This document shows, one piece after another, positions 41,701-55,175 of a DNA stretch of 64,000 bases. Source of the DNA: the human T2T-CHM13v2.0 reference genome, Homo sapiens; NCBI RefSeq assembly GCF_009914755.1, contig NC_060938.1. The stretch is one strand, 5' to 3'. The notes below the pieces were generated by a model. The model was not told the DNA's origin, ran no database searches, and was given only the letters and a program-made list of their open reading frames with translations. How positions within the stretch are numbered: the first letter of the stretch is position 1; each line of letters starts with the position of its first letter. Made by a program: the position numbers and the translations under genes.

Positions 41701-43430
41701 CTTCACATAAAAACCAGACAGATACTTTCTGAGAAACTATTTTATCATGTGTGACTTCTACTCACCGGGTTGAAATTTTCTCTTGATTGAGCAGTTTGGA
41801 AACAGTCTTTTTGTAGAATCTGCAAATTGATATTTGGAGTGCTTTTGGCCTACGTTGAAAAACTAAATATCTTCCAATAAAAAGTACGCAGAAGTTTTGG
41901 AGAAACTTATTTTGATGTGTGCATTCATCTCACACAGTTGAAATTTTCTTTTGATTGAGCAGTGTGGATACACTCGTTTTGTAGAGTCTGCAAGTGGATA
42001 TTTGGAGCACTTTGTGGCCTATAGTGAAAAAGGAAATATCTTCACATAAAAACTAGATAGAAGAATTCTGAGAAACTTCCTTTGAATGGGCGCATTCATC
42101 TCACACTGTTGAACTTTTTTTTTTGATTGATCACCGTCTAAACAGTCATTTTGTAGAATATGCAAAGGAATATTTGTGAGCCCATTGATGCCTCTGGGGA
42201 AACAGGAAATATCTTCACATAAAAACGAGACAGAATCTTTCTCAGAAACGTCTTGGTGATGTGAGCATTCATCTCACTGAGTTGAACTTTATTTTGATTG
42301 AGCAGTTTGGAAACAGTCTTTTCTAGTATCTGCAAATGGATATTTTAAGCACTCTGAGGCCTACGGTGAAAAAGGAAATATCTTCAATATAAATCAGACA
42401 GAAGGATTCATAGAAACTTCTTTGTGATGTGTGCATTCATCTCACCGACTAGAACCTTTCTTTTGATTGAGCAGTTTTGAAACACTCTTTTAGCGGAATC
42501 TGCAAGTGTTTATTTGGAGCGCATGAGGAATATGGTGGAAAAGGAATCTTCTTCACATAGAAACGAGATGGAAACATTCTAAGAAACTTCTCCGTGATGG
42601 ATGCATTCATTTCACAGAGTTAAACCTTTCCTGTGATTGAGCGGTTTGGAAACAGTAGTTTTTTACAATCTGCAGAAGGATACTTGTGAGCCGATTGAGG
42701 TCTATGGGGTGATAAGAAATATGTTCACATAAAAACTAGATAGAAAGATTCTGAGAAACTTCTTTGTGATATTTGCTTTTATCTCATAGAGTTGAAACTT
42801 TCTTTTTATTGAGCAGTTTGGGAACAGTCTTTTTGTAGTATCTGCAAATGGATATTACCAGTGCTTTGAGGCCTATGGTGAAAAAGGAAATATCTTCACA
42901 TAAAAACAAGGCAGAAGCATTCTGAGAAGCTTCTTTTTGATGTCTGCATTCATCTCGCAGTGTTGAAACTTTCTTTTGATTGAGCAGTTTTGAAACGCTC
43001 TATTGGTAGTATCTGCAAGTGGATATTTGGAACGCTTTGAGGCCTATAGTGGAAAAGGAAATATCTTCACATAAAAAACTAGAAAGAAGAATTCTGAGAA
43101 ACTTCCTAGGAAGGTGTATTTTCGTCTCACACTGTTAAACCTGTCTTTTGATTGAGCAGCTTTGATACAGTCATTTAGTAGAATATGAAAGGGAATATTT
43201 GAGAGCCCATTGAGGCCTCTGGGGAAATAAGAAATATCTTCACCTAAAAACTAGACAAAAACTTTCTGAGAAACACCCTTGTGATGTGTGCATTCATCAT
43301 ACACAGTGGAACTTTCTTTTGATTGAGCAGTTTGGATACAGTCATTTGTATTATCTGTAAATGGATATTTGGAGTGTATTGAGGCCTATGGTGAAAAAGG
43401 AAATATCCTCACATAAAATTCAGATGGAAG

Positions 43431-46400
43431 CATTCTTTGAAACTCCTTTGTGATGTGTGCATTCATCTCACAGACTTCAAACTTTCTATTGATTGAGCAG
43501 TTTTGAAATACTCTTTTTGTAGAATCTGCAAGTGGATATTTGGAGCGCTCTGTGGCCCATAGTGGAAAAGGAAATATCTTCATAAAAAAAATAAACAGAA
43601 GCACTTTGAGAAACTTCTCTGTGTTGTATGCAGTCATATCTCAGACGTGAAACTTTCTTTGGTACAGCAGTTTTAAAACACTCTTTTTGGAGATTCTGAA
43701 AGTAGATATTTGGAGAGACTTGAGGACTACGGTGGAAAAGGAAATATCTTCACAAAAAAACTAGACAGAAACATTCTGAGAAGCTTCTTTGTGATGTGTG
43801 CATCCATCTCACAGAGTTGAACCTTTCTTTTGATTGAGCATTTTTGAAGCACTCTTTTTGTAGAATCTTCAAGTGGATATTTGGAGTGTTTGTGGCCTGT
43901 GGTGGAAAAGGAAATATATTCACATTAAACTAGATAGAAGCATTCTGAGAAACTTCTTTGTGATGTGCTCATTCAACTCACAGAGTTGAGCTCTTCTTTT
44001 GTTTGAGCAGTTTGGAAACAGTCTTTTTGTAGAATCTGCAAGTGGATATTTGGAGCGCATTACGGCCTATAGTGGAAAAGGACATATATTCACATAAAAA
44101 CTAGACAGAAGCATTCTGAGAAACTTCTTTGTGATGTGCTCATTCAACTCACAGAGTTGAACTTTTCTTTTGTTTGAGCAGTTTGCAAACAGTCTTTCTG
44201 TAGAATCTGCAAGTGGATATTAGGAGTGCATTACGTCCTATAGTGGAAAATGAAATATCTTCACATAAATACTAGACAGAAACATTATGAGAAACTGCTT
44301 TGTGATGCGTGCATTCATCACCAGAGTTGAATTTCTCTTTTGATTGAACAGTTTTGAAACACTCTTTCTGTAGAATCTGAAAGGGATATTTGGAGCGCTT
44401 TGCAGCCTATGGTGAAAAAGGAAATATCTTCACATAAAAGCTAGACAGAAGCATTCTAAGAAAGTGCTTTGTGACGTGTGCATTCATCTCACAATGTTGA
44501 ACCTTTCCTTTGATTGAGCAGTTTTGAAACACTCTTATTGTAGAATCTGCAAGTGGATATTTGGAGAGTTTGAGGCCACTGGTGGAAAAGCAAATGTCTT
44601 CACATAAAAACTAGACAGAATGACAGAATCATTATAAGTAATCTCTCTGAGATGCGTGCATTCAACTCACAGAGTTGGACATTTCCTTTGATTGAGCAGT
44701 GTGGAAACAGTCTTTTTGCAGTATCTGCAAACGGATATTTGGAGTACTTTCAGGCCTTTAGTAGGAAAGGAAATATCTTCACATAAAAACTAGACAGAAA
44801 ATTACTGAGAAACTTCTTAATGATGTGTGCATTCATCTCACAAAGTTGAAACTTTCTTTTGATTGAGCAGTTTGGAAACACTCTTTTAGTAGAAACTGCA
44901 AGGGGATATTTGGAGCGTTTTGTGGTCTATGGTAGAAAAGGCTATATCTTCACATAAAAATAGAAGCATTCTGAGGAACTTCCTGATGTGTGCATTCATC
45001 TCAAAGAGTTGAACTTTTCTTTTGATTGAGCAGCTTTGAAAAACTCTTTCTGCAGAATCTGCAAGTTGATATTTGGAGTGCTTTGTGGCCTATAGTAGAA
45101 AAGGAAATATCTTTACATAAAACTAGACAGAAGCATTCTGAGAAACTGCTTTGTGATGTGTGCATTCATCTCACAGAGTTGAATCTTTCTTTTGTTTGAG
45201 CAGTTTTGAAACTCTCTTTTTGTAGAATCTTCAAGTGGATATTTTCATTGCTTTGAGGCCTATGGTGGAAAAGAAAATATCTTCACATAAAAACTAGTCA
45301 GAAGCATTCTGAGAAACTTCTTTGTGACGTGTGCATTCAACTCATGGAGTTCAACCTTTCTTTTGATTCAGCAGTTTGGAAACAGTCTTTTTACAGTATC
45401 TGCAAATGGCTATTTGGAGAGCTTTGACGCCTATGGTGGAAAAGGAAATCTCTTCCCATAAAAACTAGACAGCAGCATTCTGAGAAACTTATTTGTGATC
45501 TGTTCATTCATCTCACAGAGTTGAACCTTTCTTTTGATTCAGCAGTTTTGAAACTGTCGTTTTGTAGAATCTGCAAAGGAATATTTGTGAGCCCATTGAG
45601 GCTTCTGGGGTGATAGGAAATATCTTCACATAAAAACTAGACAGATACTTTCTGAGAAACTATTTTGTCATGTGTGACTTCTACTCACCGGGTTGAAACT
45701 TTCTCTTGATTGAGCAGTTTGGAAACAGTCTTTTTGTAGAATCTGCAAATTGATATTTGGAGTGCTTTTGGCCTACGTTGAAAAACGAAATATCTTCCCA
45801 TAAAAAGTAGGCAGAAGTTTTGGAGAAATTTATTTTGATGTGTGCATTCATCTCACACAGTTGAAATTTTCTTTTGATTGAGCAGTGTGGATACACTCGT
45901 TTTGTAGAGTCTGCAAGTGGATATTTGGAGCACTTTGTGGCCTATAGTGAAAAAGGAAATATCTTCACATAAAAACTAGATAGAAGAATTCTGAGAAACT
46001 TCCTTTGAATGGGCGCATTCATCTCACACTGTTGAACTTTTTTTTTGATTGAGCACCTTCTAAACAGTCATTTTGTAGAATATGCAAAGGAATATTTGTG
46101 AGCCCATTGATGCCTCTGGGGAAACAGGAAATATCTTCACATAAAAACGAGACAGAATCTTTCTCAGAAACGTCTTGGTGATGTGTGCATTCATCTCACT
46201 GAGTTGAACTTTACTTTGATTGAGCAGTTTGGAAACAGTCTTTTCTAGTATCTGCAAATGGATATTTTAAGCACTCTGAGGCCTACGGTGAAAAAGGAAA
46301 TATCTTCAATATAAATCAGACAGAAGCATTCATAGAAACTTCTTTGTGATGTGTGCATTCATCTCACCGACTAGAACCTTTCTTTTGATTGAGCAGTTTT

Positions 46401-49400
46401 GAAACACTCTTTTAGCGGAATCTGCAAGTGTTTATTTGGAGCGCATGAGGAATATGGTGGAAAAGGAATCTTCTTCACATGAAAACGGACGGAAGCATTC
46501 TGAGAAACTTCTCTGTGATGGATGCATTCATTTCACAGAGTTAAACCTTTCCTGTGATTGAGCGGTTTGGAAACAGTAGTTTTTTACAATCTGCAGAAGG
46601 ACACTTGTGAGCCGATTGAGGTCTATGGGGTGATAAGAAATATGTTCACATAAAAACTAGATAGAAAGTTTCTGAGAAACTTCTTTGTGATATTTGCTTT
46701 TATCTCATAGAGTTGAAACTTTCTTTTTATTGAGCAGTTTGGGAACAGTCTTTTTGTAGTATCTGCAAATGGATATTACCAGTTCTTTGAGGCCTGTGGT
46801 GAAAAAGGAAATATCTTCACATAAAAACAAGGCAGAAGCATTCTGAGAAACTTCTTTTTGATGTCTGCATTCATCTCGCAGAGTTGAACCTTTCTTTTGA
46901 TTGAGCAGTTTTGAAACGCTCTATTTGTAGTATCTGCAAGTGGATATTTGGAACGCTTTGAGGCCTATAGTGGAAAAGGAAATATCTTCACATAAAAAAC
47001 TAGAAAGAAGAATTCTGAGAAACTTCCTAGGAAGGTGTATTTTCGTCTCACACTGTTAAACCCGTCTTTTGATTGAGCAGCTTGGATACAGTCATTTAGT
47101 AGAATATGAAAGGGAATATTTGAGAGCCCATTGAGGCCTCTGGGGAAATAAGAAATATCTTCACCTAAAAACTAGACAAAAACTTTCTGAGAAACACCCT
47201 TGTGATGTGTGCATTCATCATACACAGTTGAACTTTCTTTTGATTGAGCAGTTTGGATACAGTCATTTGTATTATCTGTAAATGGATATTTGGAGTGTAC
47301 TGAGGCCTATGGTGAAAAAGGAAATATCCTCACATAAAATTCAGATGGAAGCATTCTTAGAAACTCCTATGTGATGTGTGCATTCATCTCACAGACTTCA
47401 AACTTTCTATTGATTGAGCAGTTTTGAAACACTCTTTTTGTAGAATCTGCCAGTGGATATTTGGAGCGCTCTGTGGCCCATAGTGGAAAAGGAAATATCT
47501 TCATAAAAAAAATAAACAGAAGCACTTTGAGAAACTTCTCTGTGCTGTATGCAGTCATATCTCAGACATGAAACTTTCCTTGGTACAGCAGTTTTAAAAC
47601 ACTCTTTTTGGAGATTCTGAAAGTAGATATTTGGAGAGACTTGAGGACTACAGTGGAAAAGGAAATATCTTCACAAAAAACTAGACAGAAACATTCTGAG
47701 AAGCTTCTTTGTGATGTGTGCATCCATCTCAAAGAGTTGAACCTTTCTTTTGATTGAGCATTTTTGAAGCACTCTTTTTGTAGAATCTTCAAGTGGATAT
47801 TTGGAGTGTTTGTGGCCTGTGGTGGAAAAGGAAATATATTCACATAAAAACTAGATAGAAGCATTCTGAGAAACTTCTTTGTGATGTGCTCATTCAACTC
47901 ACAGAGTTGAGCTTTTCTTTTGATTGAGCAGTTTGGAAACAGTCTTTCTGTAGAATCTGCAAGTGGATATTTGGAGCGCATTACGGCCTATAGTGGAAAA
48001 GGAAATATATTCACATAAAAACTAGACAGAAGCATTCTGAGAAACTTCTTTGTGATGTGCTCATTCAACTCACAGAGTTGAACTTTTCTTTTGTTTGAGC
48101 AGTTTGCAAACAGTCTTTCTGTAGAATCTGCAAGTGGATATTAGGAGTGCATTACGGCCTATAGTGGAAAATGAAATATCTTCACATAAAAACTAGACAG
48201 AAACATTATGAGAAACTGCTTTGTGATGCGTGCATTCATCACCAGAGTTGAGTTTCTCTTTTGATTGAACAGTTTTGAAACACTCTTTCTGTAGAATCTG
48301 AAAGGGATATTTGGAGCGCTTTGCAGCCTATGGTGAAAAAGGAAATATCTTCACATAAAAGCTAGACAGAAGCATTCTAAGAAAGTGCTTTGTGACGTGT
48401 GCATTCATCTCACAGTGTTGAAACTTTCTTTTGATTGAGCAGTTTTCAAACACTCTTATTGTAGAATCTGCAAGTGGATATTTGGAGAGTTTGAGGCCAC
48501 TGGTGGAAAAGCAAATATCTTCACATCAAAACTAGACAGAATCATTATAAGTAATCTCTTTGAGATACGTGCATTCAACTCACAGAGTTGGACATTTCCT
48601 TTGATTGAGCAGTTTGGAAACAGTCTTTTTGCAGTATCTGCAAACGGATATTTGGAGCACTTTCAGGCCTATAGTAGGAAAGGAAATATCTTCACATAAA
48701 AACTAGACAGCAAATTACTGAGAAACTTCTTAATGATGTGTGCATTCATCTCACAGAGTTGAAACTTCTTTTGATTGAGCATTTTGGAAACACTCTTTTA
48801 GTAGAAACTGCAAGGGGATATTTGGAGCGTTTTGTGGTCTATGGTAGAAAAGGCTATATCTTCACATAAAAATAGAAGCATTCTGAGGAACTTCCTGATG
48901 TGTGCATTCATCTCAAAGAGTTGAACTTTTCTTTTGATTGAGCAGCTTTGAAAAACTCTTTCTGCAGAATCTGCAAGTTGATATTTGGAGGGCTTTGTGG
49001 CCTATAGTAGAAAAGGAAATATCTTTACATAAAACTAGACAGAAGCATTCTGAGAAACTTCTTTGTGATGTGTGCATTCATCTCACAGAGTTGAATCTTT
49101 CTTTTGTTTGAGCAGTTTTGAAACTCTCTTTTTGTAGAATCTTCAAGTGGATATTTTCAGCGCTTTGAGGCCTATGGTGGAAAAGAAAATATCTTCACAT
49201 AAAAACTAGTCAGAAGCATTCTGAGAAACTTCTTTGTGACGTGTGCATTCAACTCATGGAGTTCAACCTTTCTTTTGATTCAGCAGTTTGGAAACAGTCT
49301 TTTTACAGTATCTGCAAATGGCTACTTGGAGAGCTTTGACGCCTATGGTGGAAAAGGAAATCTCTTCCCATAAAAACTAGACAGCAGCATTCTGAGAAAC

Positions 49401-52400
49401 TTATTTGTGATCTGTGCATTCATCTCACAGAGTTGAACCTTTCTTTTGATTCAGCAGTTTTGAAACTGTCGTTTTGTAGAATCTGCAAAGGAATATTTGT
49501 GAGCCCATTGAGGCTTCTGGGGTGATAGGAAATATCTTCACATAAAAACTAGACAGATACTTTCTGAGAAACTATTTTGTCATGTGTGACTTCTACTCAC
49601 CGGGTTGAAACTTTCTCTTGATTGAGCAGTTTGGAAACAGTCTTTTTGTAGAATCTGCAAATTGATATTTGGAGTGCTTTTGGCCTACGTTGAAAAACGA
49701 AATATCTTCCCATAAAAAGTAGGCAGAAGTTTTGGAGAAATTTATTTTGATGTGTGCGTTCATCTCACACAGTTGAAATTTTCTTTTGATTGAGCAGTGT
49801 GGATACACTCGTTTTGTAGAGTCTGCAAGTGGATATTTGGAGCACTTTGTGGCCTATAGTGAAAAAGGAAATATCTTCACATAAAAACTAGATAGAAGAA
49901 TTCTGAGAAACTTCCTTTGAATGGGCGCATTCATCTCACACTGTTGAACTTTTTTTTTGATTGAGCACCTTCTAAACAGTCATTTTGTAGAATATGCAAA
50001 GGAATATTTGTGAGCCCATTGATGCCTCTGGGGAAACAGGAAATATCTTCACATAAAAACGAGACAGAATCTTTCTCAGAAACGTCTTGGTGATGTGTGC
50101 ATTCATCTCACTGAGTTGAACTTTACTTTGATTGAGCAGTTTGGAAACAGTCTTTTCTAGTATCTGCAAATGGATATTTTAAGCACTCTGAGGCCTACGG
50201 TGAAAAAGGAAATATCTTCAATATAAATCAGACAGAAGCATTCATAGAAACTTCTTTGTGATGTGTGCATACATCTCACCGACTAGAACCTTTCTTTTGA
50301 TTGAGCAGTTTTGAAACACTCTTTTAGCGGAATCTGCAAGTGTTTATTTGGAGCGCATGAGGAATATGGTGGAAAAGGAATCTTCTTCACATGAAAACGG
50401 ACGGAAGCATTCTGAGAAACTTCTCTGTGATGGATGCATTCATTTCACAGAGTTAAACCTTTCCTGTGATTGAGCGGTTTGGAAACAGTAGTTTTTTACA
50501 ATCTGCAGAAGGACACTTGTGAGCCGATTGAGGTCTATGGGGTGATAAGAAATATGTTCACATAAAAACTAGATAGAAAGTTTCTGAGAAACTTCTTTGT
50601 GATATTTGCTTTTATCTCATAGAGTTGAAACTTTCTTTTTATTGAGCAGTTTGGGAACAGTCTTTTTGTAGTATCTGCAAATGGATATTACCAGTTCTTT
50701 GAGGCCTGTGGTGAAAAAGGAAATATCTTCACATAAAAACAAGGCAGAAGCATTCTGAGAAACTTCTTTTTGATGTCTGCATTCATCTCGCAGAGTTGAA
50801 CCTTTCTTTTGATTGAGCAGTTTTGAAACGCTCTATTTGTAGTATCTGCAAGTGGATATTTGGAACGCTTTGAGGCCTATAGTGGAAAAGGAAATATCTT
50901 CACATAAAAAACTAGAAAGAAGAATTCTGAGAAACTTCCTAGGAAGGTGTATTTTCGTCTCACACTGTTAAACCCGTCTTTTGATTGAGCAGCTTGGGTA
51001 CAGTCATTTAGTAGAATATGAAAGGGAATATTTGAGAGCCCATTGAGGCCTCTGGGGAAATAAGAAATATCTTCACCTAAAAACTAGACAAAATCTTTCT
51101 GAGAAACACCCTTGTGATGTGTGCATTCATCATACACAGTTGAACTTTCTTTTGATTGGGCAGTTTGGATACAGTCATTTCTATTATCTGTAAATGGATA
51201 TTTGGAGTGTACTGAGGCCTATGGTGAAAAAGGAAATATCCTCACATAAAATTCAGATGGAAGCATTCTTAGAAACTCCTATGTGATGTGTGCATTCATC
51301 TCACAGACTTCAAACTTTCTATTGATTGAGCAGTTTTGAAACACTCTTTTTGTAGAATCTGCCAGTGGATATTTGGAGCGCTCTGTGGCCCATAGTGGAA
51401 AAGGAAATATCTTCATAAAAAAAATAAACAGAAGCACTTTGAGAAACTTCTCTGTGCTGTATGCAGTCATATCTCAGACATGAAACTTTCCTTGGTACAG
51501 CAGTTTTAAAACACTCTTTTTGGAGATTCTGAAAGTAGATATTTGGAGAGACTTGAGGACTACAGTGGAAAAGGAAATATCTTCACAAAAAACTAGACAG
51601 AAACATTCTGAGAAGCTTCTTTGTGATGTGTGCATCCATCTCAAAGAGTTGAACCTTTCTTTTGATTGAGCATTTTTGAAGCACTCTTTTTGTAGAATCT
51701 TCAAGTGGATATTTGGAGTGTTTGTGGCCTGTGGTGGAAAAGGAAATATATTCACATAAAAACTAGATAGAAGCATTCTGAGAAACTTCTTTGTGATGTG
51801 CTCATTCAACTCACAGAGTTGAGCTTTTCTTTTGATTGAGCAGTTTGGAAACAGTCTTTCTGTAGAATCTGCAAGTGGATATTTGGAGCGCATTACGGCC
51901 TATAGTGGAAAAGGAAATATATTCACATAAAAACTAGACAGAAGCATTCTGAGAAACTTCTTTGTGATGTGCTCATTCAACTCACAGAGTTGAACTTTTC
52001 TTTTGTTTGAGCAGTTTGCAAACAGTCTTTCTGTAGAATCTGCAAGTGGATATTAGGAGTGCATTACGGCCTATAGTGGAAAATGAAATATCTTCACATA
52101 AAAACTAGACAGAAACATTATGAGAAACTGCTTTGTGATGCGTGCATTCATCACCAGAGTTGAGTTTCTCTTTTGATTGAACAGTTTTGAAACACTCTTT
52201 CTGTAGAATCTGAAAGGGATATTTGGAGCGCTTTGCAGCCTATGGTGAAAAAGGAAATATCTTCACATAAAAGCTAGACAGAAGCATTCTAAGAAAGTGC
52301 TTTGTGACGTGTGCATTCATCTCACAGTGTTGAAACTTTCTTTTGATTGAGCAGTTTTCAAACACTCTTATTGTAGAATCTGCAAGTGGATATTTGGAGA

Positions 52401-55175
52401 GTTTGAGGCCACTGGTGGAAAAGCAAATATCTTCACATCAAAACTAGACAGAATCATTATAATTAATCTCTTTGAGATACGTGCATTCAACTCACAGAGT
52501 TGGACATTTCCTTTGATTGAGCAGTTTGGAAACAGTCTTTTTGCAGTATCTGCAAACGGATATTTGGAGCACTTTCAGGCCTATAGTAGGAAAGGAAATA
52601 TCTTCACATAAAAACTAGACAGCAAATTACTGAGAAACTTCTTAATGATGTGTGCATTCATCTCACAGAGTTGAAACTTCTTTTGATTGAGCATTTTGGA
52701 AACACTCTTTTAGTAGAAACTGCAAGGGGATATTTGGAGCGTTTTGTGGTCTATGGTAGAAAAGGCTATATCTTCACATAAAAATAGAAGCATTCTGAGG
52801 AACTTCCTGATGTGTGCATTCATCTCAAAGAGTTGAACTTTTCTTTTGATTGAGCAGCTTTGAAAAACTCTTTCTGCAGAATCTGCAAGTTGATATTTGG
52901 AGTGCTTTGTGGCCTATAGTAGAAAAGGAAATATCTTTACATAAAACTAGACAGAAGCATTCTGAGAAACTTCTTTGTGATGTGTGCATTCATCTCACAG
53001 AGTTGAATCTTTCTTTTGTTTGAGCAGTTTTGAAACTCTCTTTTTGTAGAATCTTCAAGTGGATATTTTCAGCGCTTTGAGGCCTATGGTGGAAAAGAAA
53101 ATATCTTCACATAAAAACTAGTCAGAAGCATTCTGAGAAACTTCTTTGTGACGTGTGCATTCAACTCATGGAGTTCAACCTTTCTTTTGATTCAGCAGTT
53201 TGGAAACAGTCTTTTTACAGTATCTGCAAATGGCTACTTGGAGAGCTTTGACGCCTATGGTGGAAAAGGAAATCTCTTCCCATAAAAACTAGACAGCAGC
53301 ATTCTGAGAAACTTATTTGTGATCTGTGCATTCATCTCACAGAGTTGAACCTTTCTTTTGATTCAGCAGTTTTGAAACTGTCGTTTTGTAGAATCTGCAA
53401 AGGAATATTTGTGAGCCCATTGAGGCTTCTGGGGTGATAGGAAATATCTTCACATAAAAACTAGACAGATACTTTCTGAGAAACTATTTTGTCATGTGTG
53501 ACTTCTACTCACCGGGTTGAAACTTTCTCTTGATTGAGCAGTTTGGAAACAGTCTTTTTGTAGAATCTGCAAATTGATATTTGGAGTGCTTTTGGCCTAC
53601 GTTGAAAAACGAAATATCTTCCCATAAAAAGTAGGCAGAAGTTTTGGAGAAATTTATTTTGATGTGTGCGTTCATCTCACACAGTTGAAATTTTCTTTTG
53701 ATTGAGCAGTGTGGATACACTCGTTTTGTAGAGTCTGCAAGTGGATATTTGGAGCACTTTGTGGCCTATAGTGAAAAAGGAAATATCTTCACATAAAAAC
53801 TAGATAGAAGAATTCTGAGAAACTTCCTTTGAATGGGCGCATTCATCTCACACTGTTGAACTTTTTTTTTGATTGAGCACCTTCTAAACAGTCATTTTGT
53901 AGAATATGCAAAGGAATATTTGTGAGCCCATTGATGCCTCTGGGGAAACAGGAAATATCTTCACATAAAAACGAGACAGAATCTTTCTCAGAAACGTCTT
54001 GGTGATGTGTGCATTCATCTCACTGAGTTGAACTTTACTTTGATTGAGCAGTTTGGAAACAGTCTTTTCTAGTATCTGCAAATGGATATTTTAAGCACTC
54101 TGAGGCCTACGGTGAAAAAGGAAATATCTTCAATATAAATCAGACAGAAGCATTCATAGAAACTTCTTTGTGATGTGTGCATACATCTCACCGACTAGAA
54201 CCTTTCTTTTGATTGAGCAGTTTTGAAACACTCTTTTAGCGGAATCTGCAAGTGTTTATTTGGAGCGCATGAGGAATATGGTGGAAAAGGAATCTTCTTC
54301 ACATGAAAACGGACGGAAGCATTCTGAGAAACTTCTCTGTGATGGATGCATTCATTTCACAGAGTTAAACCTTTCCTGTGATTGAGCGGTTTGGAAACAG
54401 TAGTTTTTTACAATCTGCAGAAGGACACTTGTGAGCCGATTGAGGTCTATGGGGTGATAAGAAATATGTTCACATAAAAACTAGATAGAAAGTTTCTGAG
54501 AAACTTCTTTGTGATATTTGCTTTTATCTCATAGAGTTGAAACTTTCTTTTTATTGAGCAGTTTGGGAACAGTCTTTTTGTAGTATCTGCAAATGGATAT
54601 TACCAGTTCTTTGAGGCCTGTGGTGAAAAAGGAAATATCTTCACATAAAAACAAGGCAGAAGCATTCTGAGAAACTTCTTTTTGATGTCTGCATTCATCT
54701 CGCAGAGTTGAACCTTTCTTTTGATTGAGCAGTTTTGAAACGCTCTATTTGTAGTATCTGCAAGTGGATATTTGGAACGCTTTGAGGCCTATAGTGGAAA
54801 AGGAAATATCTTCACATAAAAAACTAGAAAGAAGAATTCTGAGAAACTTCCTAGGAAGGTGTATTTTCGTCTCACACTGTTAAACCCGTCTTTTGATTGA
54901 GCAGCTTGGGTACAGTCATTTAGTAGAATATGAAAGGGAATATTTGAGAGCCCATTGAGGCCTCTGGGGAAATAAGAAATATCTTCACCTAAAAACTAGA
55001 CAAAAACTTTCTGAGAAACACCCTTGTGATGTGTGCATTCATCATACACAGTTGAACTTTCTTTTGATTGAGCAGTTTGGATACAGTCATTTCTATTATC
55101 TGTAAATGGATATTTGGAGTGTACTGAGGCCTATGGTGAAAAAGGAAATATCCTCACATAAAATTCAGATGGAAG
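43431..55175 (+). repeat. Three canonical 23-mer HOR units (3921, 3912, 3912 bp)
   Basis: Unit starts at 43431, 47352 and 51264. The first carries an 8-bp duplication at 44614-44629. Confidence 0.92.

Larger units (their letters stand above)
26792..42130 (+). repeat. Tandem duplication with 7667-bp period (45 monomers = 23-mer + 22-mer)
   Basis: Private variants recur at +7667: gcatgcaact 29991/37658, ggatatttttagc 29391/37058 and the gacagaat duplication 33024/40691. ORF pairs 26804/34471, 29190/36857 and 30719/38386 show the same offset. Confidence 0.93.
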
